DNA of 64,000 bases from an uncultured Candidatus Poseidoniales archaeon (GCA_964386765.1 CAYLUC010000004.1:1799-65798); one strand, 5' to 3'. Numbered from the stretch's first letter, positions 19,684-29,764 are shown. Notes: generated by a model not told the origin, from the letters alone. Numbers and translations: made by a program.

Positions 19684-20452
19684 TCATTTTGTCGACGATT
19701 AATGCAATCTCCAGAAGGAGGAGCATCGGGCCTGCGACAAGAAACATGGAAACTGGATCAGGAGGGGAGATGAGGGCGCCTAGGATCAGCCCAGAGAACC
19801 ACAGGCCGCCTCTATTGCCGGAAATGGCGCTCCTCTCGATTATTCCGCCCCTGAGGAGGATTGAAGCAATTAATGGAACCTGAAAGCCAACAATGGATGC
19901 GAAATACAGCCCCGTGATGAATCCGACCCATGATTGCAATTGCCAGGTTGCCGCCAACCCAGCCGACGCAGCGTCCTCAGACAGGTAGTCGAGTAAGAGT
20001 GGCACAAGAACGCCATGTGAGTATGCGGCCCCTAACCCCCCCAGTAGAAACGCCATGGATATGACGAATAAGATGCCACTGACGCTCCCCTTCTCGTGCC
20101 CTCCTGCCCTCCTCGACTCGGCGACTATTTTCTTCCCATTCCAAGATAGGTCGCACATTAGGACTAGTGAAGCAAGGATGAATCCAACGTTTACGCCAAT
20201 CCTGAGCCTCAGAAGTATTGCCTCCATCGGGCTGAGAATTACAATCTCGACACCATCGGGACGGTATGAGGAGGACTCAAGAAGCCACTCTATGGCTTCT
20301 CCAGAAGCCGGGAAGCCACCAAGAAAACCAAAGAAAAATACCCCTACTAGGATGTATGCCCTTTTTCTTAGGTGGGAAATAAGTCCTCGCAACTCAGCCC
20401 GGGGAAGAAGGTCCCCCATGTCGCCCTCCATGTTCTCCCGAGAGGCTACCAC
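19670..20452 (-). CDS. tatC: Sec-independent protein translocase TatC
   Basis: ELRGLISHLRKRAYILVGVFFFGF N-terminal helix, and a conserved ISPPDP loop motif, as in TatC. Confidence 0.75.
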   Translation of the reverse strand: MVASRENMEGDMGDLLPRAELRGLISHLRKRAYILVGVFFFGFLGGFPASGEAIEWLLESSSYRPDGVEIVILSPMEAILLRLRIGVNVGFILASLVLMCDLSWNGKKIVAESRRAGGHEKGSVSGILFVISMAFLLGGLGAAYSHGVLVPLLLDYLSEDAASAGLAATWQLQSWVGFITGLYFASIVGFQVPLIASILLRGGIIERSAISGNRGGLWFSGLILGALISPPDPVSMFLVAGPMLLLLEIALIVDKMTRNQ

Positions 20453-20467
20453 TGGTCAATTCATCGC

Positions 20468-21625
20468 TCACGACTTTCTGAGAATTACAGTTAGGACGTC
20501 ACCATCCCCAAGGCGGTGATCGAGACCGACTCTCTGCCAGTCAAATTTGGCACTTGGCCCCTTGACTCGCGCATATCTGAATTTCCTGACAAAGTCCCTG
20601 TGCAACTTCACGCAAACATCCCGGACAGTTGAGGTATCCTTCACAATCAGGGGTTCTACCATGTCCGCATCTTGACCTTGGGGTTTGAGATAGATCGACA
20701 TGAAGTGCAGATTATCAAAGATGAAGTCCTTCATCTCTTCAATACCTTCTCCAGTTTTTGCAGATACCTCTAGAACTGGCCATCCCGGAGGGAGCATAGC
20801 CCGTGTTTTCGAAAGATCGTCTTCAGTCGCCAAGTCAATTTTGTTCACCACGACAACCGCTCTGTTGTAGATTCTGTTACCTGCAAGCGTGTCAACAATA
20901 TGATCGTCAGTAACATCGGTCCTAAGGGTGACCGTGGCCGAAACTATGCCGAAACTCCTGATGATTCCCTGAATATCCTCGTCAGTCAAGTTAGTCTGCT
21001 CAACGGTAGACCTTACGACTATCCCGCCCCTGTCCGTTCTCGTGATGTACACTTGAGGGATTTCCTGATTGAGTCTCATCCCCGACATCCAGAGTTCTTT
21101 GTCCAGAATGTCAAAGTGGGAGTCCTGGAATGGATCAACGACATACAGGACCATGTCAGAACCCCTGATTACATTCAGAATTTCTCTACCTCTGCCCTTC
21201 CCTTCAGACGCCCCTTTGATCAATCCCGGCAAGTCAAGAATCTGAATCTTGGCCCCCCTGTGGTCGAGGACGCCTGGGATGCAGGTCAGAGTGGTAAAGG
21301 CAAACTCCCCTGTTTCCGAATCAGCTCCAGTCAATTGGGAAATCAGACTAGACTTACCGACGCTTGGGAATCCAACCAGTGAAACCGAAGCGTCCCCTGA
21401 CTTCTTAACTTCGAATCCAGCATTTCCACCACTCTTCTTGGAGTGAGCAATAGCCTTCTCTTTCTTCTCCTTAAGGGCTGCAATTTTAGCCTTCAATCTG
21501 CCAATGTGCCCTTGTGTCGCTTTGTTGTACTTGGTTTTCGAGATCTCCTCCTCTAGAGATTTGATTTGCTCCTCGATTGTCGCCAAGATTGCCCACCCCT
21601 CGTATTGCGGTTGCATTCCACGCAA
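20468..21625 (-). CDS. DRG/Rbg1-family GTPase (OBG-HflX-like) with C-terminal TGS domain
   Basis: N-terminal coiled segment KNKATQGHIGRLKAKIAALKEK, P-loop GFPSVGKSSL, DLPGLI. The C-terminal TGS-like block ends ...DVLTVILRKS. Confidence 0.8.
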   Translation of the reverse strand: MRGMQPQYEGWAILATIEEQIKSLEEEISKTKYNKATQGHIGRLKAKIAALKEKKEKAIAHSKKSGGNAGFEVKKSGDASVSLVGFPSVGKSSLISQLTGADSETGEFAFTTLTCIPGVLDHRGAKIQILDLPGLIKGASEGKGRGREILNVIRGSDMVLYVVDPFQDSHFDILDKELWMSGMRLNQEIPQVYITRTDRGGIVVRSTVEQTNLTDEDIQGIIRSFGIVSATVTLRTDVTDDHIVDTLAGNRIYNRAVVVVNKIDLATEDDLSKTRAMLPPGWPVLEVSAKTGEGIEEMKDFIFDNLHFMSIYLKPQGQDADMVEPLIVKDTSTVRDVCVKLHRDFVRKFRYARVKGPSAKFDWQRVGLDHRLGDGDVLTVILRKS

Positions 21626-21684
21626 ACCCCCCGGTTCTTGAATCCGGTGGCGCTAGAGGGACTAGTCCCCACAAGCGAGGGTTC

Positions 21685-22404
21685 ATGCGACACCGCCGAC
21701 TGGTCGATATGGGGATTCATATGGTCGACGTTATCGTATCTCTGGTAGATGATGATTCACTGAGCAATTTATTGTCCATGCCCCTTGGAGACGTGATTTC
21801 GGGAATGGAGGGAATGTCCCTAAGGAATGCAAGGCCCGAGAAAGAAAGGTCCCTTCACAGGCAATTCGACATAGATCTAGAAGGCGAGATTCTGGAATGG
21901 GCTGATAGAATACCTGACATTGATCACAGTTCATCACTGAAAAATCAGAATCTACAATTGCAGGATAAGCTAGAACTCCTGCTTCTATTGTCTCATTGGT
22001 CTTCAATGGGCGAGTGGAGGTGCTGGGATGCTAGGCTGTTCCTATACGTAGAGCCATTGTCCGGCGCGAAGGTTTCTGGAACAGAGTCTTTCCTCAAGCC
22101 GGAGGTCTGGGAGAGATTCTCAGCCACCATGGAAAATTTCGACCGTTCATCATACATTGAGTCTGTTGTAATTGATTGGATGTCACGTAGAGAGGATTTG
22201 GGCGAGACCTTGGATCCTTCCATGGACCCAAGGATACTGCCTACAATGGAATCACACCAGAACTCATCAGGGGGCTTATTCGACATCATGGATAGGTCAA
22301 GAAGGGGGAGCCACCCCCTACTTATTGGAAGGGAGTATCTAGACCCATCATCATGGTATTTGGGCAGTCAGGGATTATTGGAATTCTTCGAGGGAGATAA
22401 ATGA
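21685..22404 (+). CDS. Hypothetical protein, translationally coupled to NadM
   Basis: ORF ending in an ATGA overlap with the nadM start at 22401. Start placed at the first ATG not overlapping the divergent DRG gene. No recognisable motif. Confidence 0.4.
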   Translation: MRHRRLVDMGIHMVDVIVSLVDDDSLSNLLSMPLGDVISGMEGMSLRNARPEKERSLHRQFDIDLEGEILEWADRIPDIDHSSSLKNQNLQLQDKLELLLLLSHWSSMGEWRCWDARLFLYVEPLSGAKVSGTESFLKPEVWERFSATMENFDRSSYIESVVIDWMSRREDLGETLDPSMDPRILPTMESHQNSSGGLFDIMDRSRRGSHPLLIGREYLDPSSWYLGSQGLLEFFEGDK

Positions 22405-23018
22405 ATGATCTAGATATTTCCCCCTTGCCCCCCGAGAAACCCCCACTCCCGGGAGTCGTGGTTTTAGGGCGTTTTCAGCCATTCCACAAGGGCCACGAGT
22501 TGATGATACTAGCAGCAGAACAATGGAGGGCGTCCAACAGTTCAGAATCAGAATTAATCGTAGCTGTTGGTTCCTCAAATCGTCCAGAGACTCTGAGAAA
22601 TCCATGGCTAGCCAGCGAGAGGGAATCCATGATCAGGTATTGGGCAGATTCAGTCGATGGACTAGGGGAAATCGAGGTTGTGTCTATCCCTGATATCGAG
22701 GACCCCCCAAATTGGGTTTCTCACGCTGAGAGGTATCACGGGGAATCAGGGGTACTGTTCACTAGTGATGCCTTTACCGCAGAGCTCTACGAGATGGGTG
22801 GGTGGAAGGTTGTCCTGTCACCCTTGGTGGAAAGGGGCCTATACGAGGGTTGGAGGGTCAGGGAGACCGCTAGGATGATGTCCACAATTTCAGATATGGA
22901 GGCAGTTAGAGAGGTCCTGGGTGCCACAGTCCCATTTCCAGTAATTGACTACCTGATGCAAATTGATGGACTCAAGAGACTCGCCTTCCTAGGCGAAGGT
23001 GGAGAGCCAGTAGGCTGA
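22401..23018 (+). CDS. nadM: Nicotinamide-nucleotide adenylyltransferase (archaeal NadM)
   Basis: GVVVLGRFQPFHKGHELMI is the archaeal NMNAT signature (GRFQPFHxGH). Confidence 0.85.
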   Translation: MNDLDISPLPPEKPPLPGVVVLGRFQPFHKGHELMILAAEQWRASNSSESELIVAVGSSNRPETLRNPWLASERESMIRYWADSVDGLGEIEVVSIPDIEDPPNWVSHAERYHGESGVLFTSDAFTAELYEMGGWKVVLSPLVERGLYEGWRVRETARMMSTISDMEAVREVLGATVPFPVIDYLMQIDGLKRLAFLGEGGEPVG

Positions 23019-25115
23019 TTACCAGTCGCCCTCGAAGGTGCAGTCCGGGTCACAGTAATCCACTAGTATCCCAGTTAGTAGATATCCATATGCCATCATC
23101 TTGGCTTCTGGGACCTCCAAGACCAGATTGTGTGCCAGGGAGTGGTGCCACATGGGGCCATTCGTGTTCCCCGTGGGAAGCGGAGGGAAGTCGCCGTCAA
23201 AGTAGGCGGCGGAAGAACCATTGATGGGGCCATCAACAATTTCGACCCCAAATGGGTGATAAGCAGATCCATTGATCACTGGAACATTCCCCGTCCTGAC
23301 TGCCCTATCGGCGGAAAGGGTCGTCACTTGAGCATCCATCATAGATGTCAGGTAGAACATGTCGAAAGGCTCTAGCTTGTCACCAAAACCAGTTTCCCTG
23401 AATGGCAGGAAAGTTTCCCCATCTGTGGAGTCCCAAATTGACTGAAGTAGCGCGATGGCAATCGCCCTATCCATCCTAGAAGGAAGTGATAAGTCACTGG
23501 AAAGGAGCTGGTAGAACTCGCTGGGGAACTCTTCAGAACCGTAGTGCGTCGATCTTTCCACCTGGTGTGTGAAGGATGTTCCGCCCACCCAAAGAACCCC
23601 CCACCCCAATTCGGGGATCATGGCCAGTAAGGAAGGGCCCCTGAGCCCTCCGAGTGAAATTCCTATGTAATTCACAGTATCTTTGTCAATCATATTTGTT
23701 CCATTGTGCTTGAACTCAACGATGTCCGAACAGACGCCAGTAATCGTTCTGACCATCGAGAGGTGATTGATTACAGCCTGCATCTGCCTTTCTTGCTGGT
23801 ATTGGAACTCCGTGATGTCAACCAAAGCAAAGGTCAGTGCATCATAATCTCCATCCGAACTCCATCCCTTGAAGTCCGTAGCTATGAGAACTGTCTTGTA
23901 TTCATTCGCCAGCTCCCTACCATTGATGACATATGAATCTCCATCTCCGAATAGCCCATGTCCAAACACAGTCAGTGGACCAGATTCATTGTTCTCAGCT
24001 AGAGATTTGGGAATTAGCATGGTAAAATCAATCTCTCTGTTCTGAACAAATTCAGGATCTCCTCCCGAGTCCCTCATTAGTGGCGATCTCGCAAACTGCG
24101 TCTCCATGTAGTGGGGAGTGGTAACAGTCCCCCGAATTAGACGCAACGAGTTTCCATCCTGCGCAAAGTCGTCTTGGACTTCTGTGATGGTGCAACCAAT
24201 TCCCGATTCACCAAGTCGTAGCTCCGCATCGTCCCTCATAATGAGGAGATCTTTGAGGATGGACTCTGTAGATGCTGTATGGAACCACCATGCCGCTTGA
24301 AGATCTCCTCGACTGAATCCAGAGGCCTCCAATTGTTCGAACAATGCCTCATAGTCGGAGCGCTGCTCCTCTATTCCCTCAGAACTAGTATTGATTGAGT
24401 CTCTGAGTGCTCTGAATCCGTCTGAAGGAGCAATTGGGATTCCGCCTTCATCAACAAGGCCCCTGAAAGCTACCGCGTAAGCAGCATCGTGATCAAGACC
24501 CTCAATTGTCCTCAAGAAAAGTATAGTCGACTCTCCTTCTTGGGCCCTAGCATCAAGCTCTATCCAATGGTGGACCTTCTCCCCCGTATCCATGTTGAGT
24601 AGTATGCTAGAATGACCTTCTCCCGTAGATGGAGAGATGTCGAATTGAGTTGACATGCCAGAAATATCGGGTGTAGATTCGAATGCTGTGAAAATCTGAG
24701 TCGAGGGGCTGAATCCGTCAAGGCGATCAAGAATCAACATATTGCCGCTCTCGGCAGAGGAAGTATCGGGAATCGCCTCTCCGTCGATATTCAGGCTATA
24801 TCCCGTTATACTGGAACTATCCTCACGAAGGAATGCACCTGATGGGAATGGGAGCATGCAGTGCAATTGGTTGGTCTCATCACAATATTCAGAATTAGCA
24901 ATTTCAAGAATCTCATCTTCAATGATAGTTCCATTTTCTACTGGATCAACGACCCCCTGCTCTTGATTCTGAGTCTCATCGCCAGGGTCTCTTTCTGTGC
25001 CAAGGCACCCGGGGATAATGAGGATTAGTACCACCAATAAAGAAGACATTCTACGAGACATGGAACCGCGACCTAGCATTATGATTTCAAACAAACTCAG
25101 CAAGATGTGCACCAA
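23019..25115 (-). CDS. Secreted lipoprotein, putative alpha/beta-hydrolase
   Basis: Signal peptide with lipobox-like LILIIPGCLG. GISLGG pentapeptide (GxSxG nucleophile elbow) at ...VNYIGISLGGLRGP. Large unknown N-terminal region. Confidence 0.5.
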   Translation of the reverse strand: MVHILLSLFEIIMLGRGSMSRRMSSLLVVLILIIPGCLGTERDPGDETQNQEQGVVDPVENGTIIEDEILEIANSEYCDETNQLHCMLPFPSGAFLREDSSSITGYSLNIDGEAIPDTSSAESGNMLILDRLDGFSPSTQIFTAFESTPDISGMSTQFDISPSTGEGHSSILLNMDTGEKVHHWIELDARAQEGESTILFLRTIEGLDHDAAYAVAFRGLVDEGGIPIAPSDGFRALRDSINTSSEGIEEQRSDYEALFEQLEASGFSRGDLQAAWWFHTASTESILKDLLIMRDDAELRLGESGIGCTITEVQDDFAQDGNSLRLIRGTVTTPHYMETQFARSPLMRDSGGDPEFVQNREIDFTMLIPKSLAENNESGPLTVFGHGLFGDGDSYVINGRELANEYKTVLIATDFKGWSSDGDYDALTFALVDITEFQYQQERQMQAVINHLSMVRTITGVCSDIVEFKHNGTNMIDKDTVNYIGISLGGLRGPSLLAMIPELGWGVLWVGGTSFTHQVERSTHYGSEEFPSEFYQLLSSDLSLPSRMDRAIAIALLQSIWDSTDGETFLPFRETGFGDKLEPFDMFYLTSMMDAQVTTLSADRAVRTGNVPVINGSAYHPFGVEIVDGPINGSSAAYFDGDFPPLPTGNTNGPMWHHSLAHNLVLEVPEAKMMAYGYLLTGILVDYCDPDCTFEGDW

Positions 25116-26365
25116 ACATCTTCCGGCATTCCGCCTTCGATGAATTCAATGAACCAATCCATAAATTTCACGCCCTCAACTTCCAACTCATAGAACCAAC
25201 TAGAGAAAAGAATCCCATGCCCATCCCCTGGGGCGATGTATCCTGCGATTTCATATCCCTCGCTCTCTATGTGTTCTTCGGAAACCCTGAGCCTCCAGTT
25301 GTAGTCTTCGGGAGGATTATCAAGGAGTCCATTGAAGTATCTCATCGTATTGTCCTGCGCTGAGTCGAACCTGCCTATCCTAATCGTCGAGTCGTACATG
25401 GAAAGGAAAATATCGAGATGCGCACTAGTCATGTTGTTCCAGTTGAGAGAAGAACCATTGTATGTCAACCCATCTAGCCAACTCTGAGTGGCGTTTTGAA
25501 GTCCCCAAGAGGCATTCAGGTCGACAGTTCCAGTGCTTGTGACCCCACCAGTACTGTCGTGGAAAACCGTAATGTTCGCACCAGGTATGGCTTCTGCTAG
25601 ATTCCCTGCGAAGAATCCTGCAGCTATGGCCCCCCCACTTGAGCCAAGGACATAGAAAGTAGTGGCACTACCTAGGGTTTCCACAAAGTAATCAAAGGCA
25701 GTCATGGCATTTGGGTATCCTTTGTGCTGCATTACATTGTCACCGTACCTCACAGTCGCATTCCCCATGTGGACGTCCCCTGTGCAATAAGGGACGAAGA
25801 CCATTGACGCGTCAATTAGCGGATTATCCTTGTTTGTGAGGTTCAGTATCCCTCCCCATCCTGTCGGATTCTGCCAATAGGCCCCAGTTGAGGATGAGTT
25901 TTCAATTGTGCAAGTGAACTCGTCCCAGCAAGCCCCCCCTCCATTCAGGAAAAGGACTGCTACGTCTGAATCCGCCTCTCTGGAGTAGAATGAATATTCA
26001 GATCCGTCAGAGCACATGCACTCCTCGTTTTCGGTATCGTGTTTCTCCCATTGGTCAGTATAGGTCGGCACCCAGTATTCACAACTCAGATCATCATCAG
26101 TAGCCTCTGGGTCATAGTTTGTGGCGCTGGAATCTATGCAACCAGAAATTTCATCAAAGTCCCAAATTCCATCTCCATCGGAGTCTGGGTAAATGCATTC
26201 TCCCTCAGCAGTAGCCTCCGGATTGTAATTTTCTGCCAGCTCATCCATACATCCGCTGATTTCTTCCACAACGTCCCCTGAGCATCCGGATAGGAGCATG
26301 CTGATGACTAGAAGGAGAGATGTTACCTGTACGGAACTCTGTTTCATCAACTGCGTCACTGCCAT
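25097..26365 (-). CDS. Secreted lipoprotein, pectin-acetylesterase/Notum-family (PAE-like) esterase with N-terminal Cys-bracketed repeat modules
   Basis: Lipobox MLLSGCSG. LFLNGGGACWD, PYCTGDVHMG and LGSSGGAIAAG correspond to the PAE family blocks (EGGGWC, YCDG, SGxSAGG). Two GC(M/I)D...NY(N/D)PEAT...C repeats precede the domain. Confidence 0.6.
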   Translation of the reverse strand: MAVTQLMKQSSVQVTSLLLVISMLLSGCSGDVVEEISGCMDELAENYNPEATAEGECIYPDSDGDGIWDFDEISGCIDSSATNYDPEATDDDLSCEYWVPTYTDQWEKHDTENEECMCSDGSEYSFYSREADSDVAVLFLNGGGACWDEFTCTIENSSSTGAYWQNPTGWGGILNLTNKDNPLIDASMVFVPYCTGDVHMGNATVRYGDNVMQHKGYPNAMTAFDYFVETLGSATTFYVLGSSGGAIAAGFFAGNLAEAIPGANITVFHDSTGGVTSTGTVDLNASWGLQNATQSWLDGLTYNGSSLNWNNMTSAHLDIFLSMYDSTIRIGRFDSAQDNTMRYFNGLLDNPPEDYNWRLRVSEEHIESEGYEIAGYIAPGDGHGILFSSWFYELEVEGVKFMDWFIEFIEGGMPEDVWCTSC

Positions 26366-26383
26366 GATGGATATATAGTCATC

Positions 26384-27445
26384 TCAACCTTCTTCGAACA
26401 ACATTCTATGGAAGTGGTGAACGCCAGTTTCTCTTGTGGTAGAATACCGCCCTCTGTCGTAGGAACCAGACGAGACGCCCCTCTGCGTGGCTTCAACTAT
26501 CTCCTGGTCCTCTTCTTCGACCTTGTCCAAGTCCCCTCCAGCTCCCTTCCCTAGTTTTGATTCATCCCATACAAATCCATGATAGACAATCTTCGTCCTT
26601 GTTACAGAAATCGGAATCACGATGTTTACGGAAAGCCCCCATGGGTAAAAGTTCAGCATCACTCCTGGGAATAACCAGTAGTAGTAAGCGGCGACTCTCT
26701 TCCCAAAGTCAGGCGACGATTTCGGAAGGTCGAAAGTGTCCTCATCCCCCTTGGCAATGCCAATCTGAAGAACGCCTCCCCCGAATAGTTCCGTTGAGTA
26801 CGAGTCATAGTCGAGAGCCTCGTGCAGTTCGCCATGTACGAAAGGTATGTGAAAACCCTCTAGGTAGTTATCAACGTAAAGGGCCCAGTTCGCATCAATT
26901 TCGTAAGATCTGTGTCGTGATTCATCATGCTGGAATTCATCAATTGGCATCCACCCTATTCTTTCTTCCATCACATCGAAAACAGAGCCATAGCGAGATG
27001 GAGAGACTCCGGTAAAAATCATCCCCTTCCATTCCTTTATTGGAAATTCTAGTAGGCTGTCTTGTGCTGAGGGAAAGTCCCTCACACCACCAAATTCGGG
27101 CATGTTCTTGAAGCACCCGTCAAGGCCGAATGTACGGCCATGGTACCCACATTTGATAGTGGAAGCGTCGCATTTCTCGGTCACGAGGATCATCCCTCTG
27201 TGGGTGCATACATTGGACAAGCATCTGACTTTCTCAGAGATTGTCAGCGCCATCGCCTCTCCGACCATTCCCTCCATGTGGTCAAGTGGAATCGAACTAG
27301 CTCCCTCTAATTGGCTCCGGTGCGCGCCAAAGTGCCAGCAGTTTCGGAAACCAGAAACAACTCTCTGAAAGCTCTCGAATTCTGTGTAGAATTTAGATGG
27401 CAGAGTCAGAGATTTAGAGATGTCAGGGTCAATTGGCTGACTCAT
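26384..27445 (-). CDS. Rieske [2Fe-2S] non-heme iron oxygenase, alpha (catalytic) subunit
   Basis: Rieske motif CLSNVCTHRGMILV...CGYHGRTF (CxH-x17-CxxH). Mononuclear iron site DNYLEGFHIPFVHGELH. No adjacent reductase or ferredoxin gene. Confidence 0.8.
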   Translation of the reverse strand: MSQPIDPDISKSLTLPSKFYTEFESFQRVVSGFRNCWHFGAHRSQLEGASSIPLDHMEGMVGEAMALTISEKVRCLSNVCTHRGMILVTEKCDASTIKCGYHGRTFGLDGCFKNMPEFGGVRDFPSAQDSLLEFPIKEWKGMIFTGVSPSRYGSVFDVMEERIGWMPIDEFQHDESRHRSYEIDANWALYVDNYLEGFHIPFVHGELHEALDYDSYSTELFGGGVLQIGIAKGDEDTFDLPKSSPDFGKRVAAYYYWLFPGVMLNFYPWGLSVNIVIPISVTRTKIVYHGFVWDESKLGKGAGGDLDKVEEEDQEIVEATQRGVSSGSYDRGRYSTTRETGVHHFHRMLFEEG

Positions 27446-27956
27446 CCCCACTCGCCTCAGCCACAATTACCCTAGCGGCCCTAAGTACTCTTTCATGGAG
27501 CAGGTAGCCTTCTTCCATGACCTCGACCACAGAACCCGGCTCAACTCCCTCTGGCGCAGAAACCGTGGCTATCGCCTCCATGCAAGTTGGATCAAACTGC
27601 ATACCCACGGCTTCAATCTGAACAACTCCCTCGGACTCAAGGGCCCTTTTTATCCCCTCTAGAGTCATCTTGACCCCGTCCAAAAAAGCCTCAGAGGAAG
27701 AATCATCGAAATTGGAGATCGCTTTATCCAGGCTTCCCAGAAGTGGCAGCATCTTTCTTGATAGGCCAGATGCACCGAACCTAATGGCCTCTGATTTGTC
27801 CCTAGCTGCCCGCTGTCTCACATTAGCAATCTCTGCTGCGGAGTATTGCAACTCCTTCTCAAGTCGAGCGATCTCGGCTTCCAATTTCTCGCTCTGGTCC
27901 TCGACATTCTGTGAATCCTCTGATTCAGGACCAGCATCACTCGTCTCCTCGTTCAC
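27429..27956 (-). CDS. grpE: GrpE nucleotide exchange factor
   Basis: AEIANVRQRAARDKSEAIRFGASGLSRKMLPLLGSLDKAI matches the GrpE dimerisation helix/core. No dnaK or dnaJ adjacent. Confidence 0.75.
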   Translation of the reverse strand: MNEETSDAGPESEDSQNVEDQSEKLEAEIARLEKELQYSAAEIANVRQRAARDKSEAIRFGASGLSRKMLPLLGSLDKAISNFDDSSSEAFLDGVKMTLEGIKRALESEGVVQIEAVGMQFDPTCMEAIATVSAPEGVEPGSVVEVMEEGYLLHERVLRAARVIVAEASGDESAN

Positions 27957-27994
27957 GTACTCACGCCCCTATTCGCATTCAATAATCCAATGGT

Positions 27995-29764
27995 TTAGTC
28001 AGTATAGAAATACTCGCCAGACGCCTTTTGCTCTCTGTCCTTCACGCTATCCGGCTTGTTGATTCGAGGCCTTTTTGACTCGTGATCACGCCTGAATGTA
28101 ACTCCGACGCCTGACAGGAAACGATTCATTCCCTTGCGAAGGCTAAGTGGCCCCATTGCGAAGCCCGATTTCCCCCCCTCCCCCTCGAAGACTAGAAGCG
28201 AGTCACTGACAATGTCGATGAAGTAAATGTCATGATCAATAACCATGGCAGCCTTTTCGTTGCTTTCCATGGTTCTTCTGATGGCCTTGGCCGCCTCCAT
28301 CCTTGCATTTGCGTCCAGATGGGCACTTGGTTCGTCCATTAGGTACAAGTCAGCCTCTTTGCCTAGGCAAATCGCTATGCTTACTGCCTGCAATTCCCCT
28401 CCCGAAAGCCTCTGGGCCTGTAAATCAAGCATTTTGTCAACTTGCAGCGGCCTGATTACCTGGGTGTGGAACTCGCCCGAGCGCCACTTCCCTCCGATTT
28501 CTGTGTCCAACCAGTCTTGGACGCTACCTTCGAAGTCAGTGCTGACATGCTGAGGCTTGTACGAAACGTTGGCCTCCATGGTACACCATCCTTCGTCCGG
28601 CTCGATCTCCCCCGCAATCATCCTGACCATTGTTGTCTTCCCTGTTGCGTTGGGCCCTACAACTCCAATCACTTCGGCCGAGCGCACCTCGCCCTGACCG
28701 GTTTTCAGGTGGAAATCCCCCAATTTCTTCTCCATGTCTCCCCATTTCAGGATAGGGATGCCAATATCTTCGCCCCTTGTTCGCCCTCTTACAAATCGGA
28801 TCGGTTTGTCCCTAATCCTCACGTTCTCCTCCTGCAAGAAACCATCGAGGTATGCGTTAATGGCCGTTCGTGTCGAACGGGGCGGCGTGAAAATTCCATA
28901 TGCAGCACGCTCCCCATAAATTATGTGTAGGAGGTCGCAAAGAACGTCTAGAATAGCTAGGTCGTGTTCCACTACAAGGACCCTCTTCCCCTTGGAAGCC
29001 AAGTCCTGTATGATTCTAACCATCCTCATCCTCTCATAGATGTCCAAGTACGAAGAAGGCTCATCGAAGAAGTAAACATCGGCTTCTTTGAGTATGGTGG
29101 CGCAGATGGCGACACGTTGCAATTCACCTCCGGAGAGGCCAGTTAACTCCCTATCTAGAAGGTGGTCAACTGCTATCCTCTTGGCGCATTCCTCTATCTC
29201 GCCCCTATCATCTACCCGTGAAAGAAGCCCCCTTACCTTCCCATCCCAGAGTTTGGGGAGTTTGTCGATGTACTGCGGCTTTACAGCGATGCTAACACTT
29301 CCTTCTGAGACCAGTCCCAAGTAGTCCCTCAATTCCCCCCGGGGGAACGTGGAAACAACTTCCTCCCAGTCTGGAGGTGGATTTTGCCAGTCACCTAGGT
29401 TAGGCCTTACTGATCCAGATAGTAGATTTATTGCCGTGGACTTGCCTATTCCATTGGGTCCGAGAATTCCAATTACAGACTCTTTGGCGGGTGTCGGTAG
29501 TCGGAACAGTCTGAATCCATTGAGACTATACCGGTGAGTCATATCATGATCTAACTCCTCTGGAAGATTGATGATTTTGACTGCGTCACCAGGGCAAAGT
29601 TTTGCTCTAGTGAAACATACCGGGCATGCCATCTCTAGAATCTTGAATTTATCGTCCTCGAGTTGTATGCACTCGCCACCGCACATGCCAGCATATTTCT
29701 GGAGGTACATGAAAGCCGAACTGTTCGGCTTACACCTTTCCTCTAGCAATACCGCTATCCTCAT
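27995..29764 (-). CDS. ABCE1 / RNase L inhibitor-like ribosome recycling ATPase
   Basis: N-terminal ferredoxin-like Cys clusters (CKPNSSAFMYLQKYAGMCGGECI...CPVCF) followed by two ABC cassettes (GPNGIGKST and GPNATGKTT). Confidence 0.9.
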   Translation of the reverse strand: MRIAVLLEERCKPNSSAFMYLQKYAGMCGGECIQLEDDKFKILEMACPVCFTRAKLCPGDAVKIINLPEELDHDMTHRYSLNGFRLFRLPTPAKESVIGILGPNGIGKSTAINLLSGSVRPNLGDWQNPPPDWEEVVSTFPRGELRDYLGLVSEGSVSIAVKPQYIDKLPKLWDGKVRGLLSRVDDRGEIEECAKRIAVDHLLDRELTGLSGGELQRVAICATILKEADVYFFDEPSSYLDIYERMRMVRIIQDLASKGKRVLVVEHDLAILDVLCDLLHIIYGERAAYGIFTPPRSTRTAINAYLDGFLQEENVRIRDKPIRFVRGRTRGEDIGIPILKWGDMEKKLGDFHLKTGQGEVRSAEVIGVVGPNATGKTTMVRMIAGEIEPDEGWCTMEANVSYKPQHVSTDFEGSVQDWLDTEIGGKWRSGEFHTQVIRPLQVDKMLDLQAQRLSGGELQAVSIAICLGKEADLYLMDEPSAHLDANARMEAAKAIRRTMESNEKAAMVIDHDIYFIDIVSDSLLVFEGEGGKSGFAMGPLSLRKGMNRFLSGVGVTFRRDHESKRPRINKPDSVKDREQKASGEYFYTD

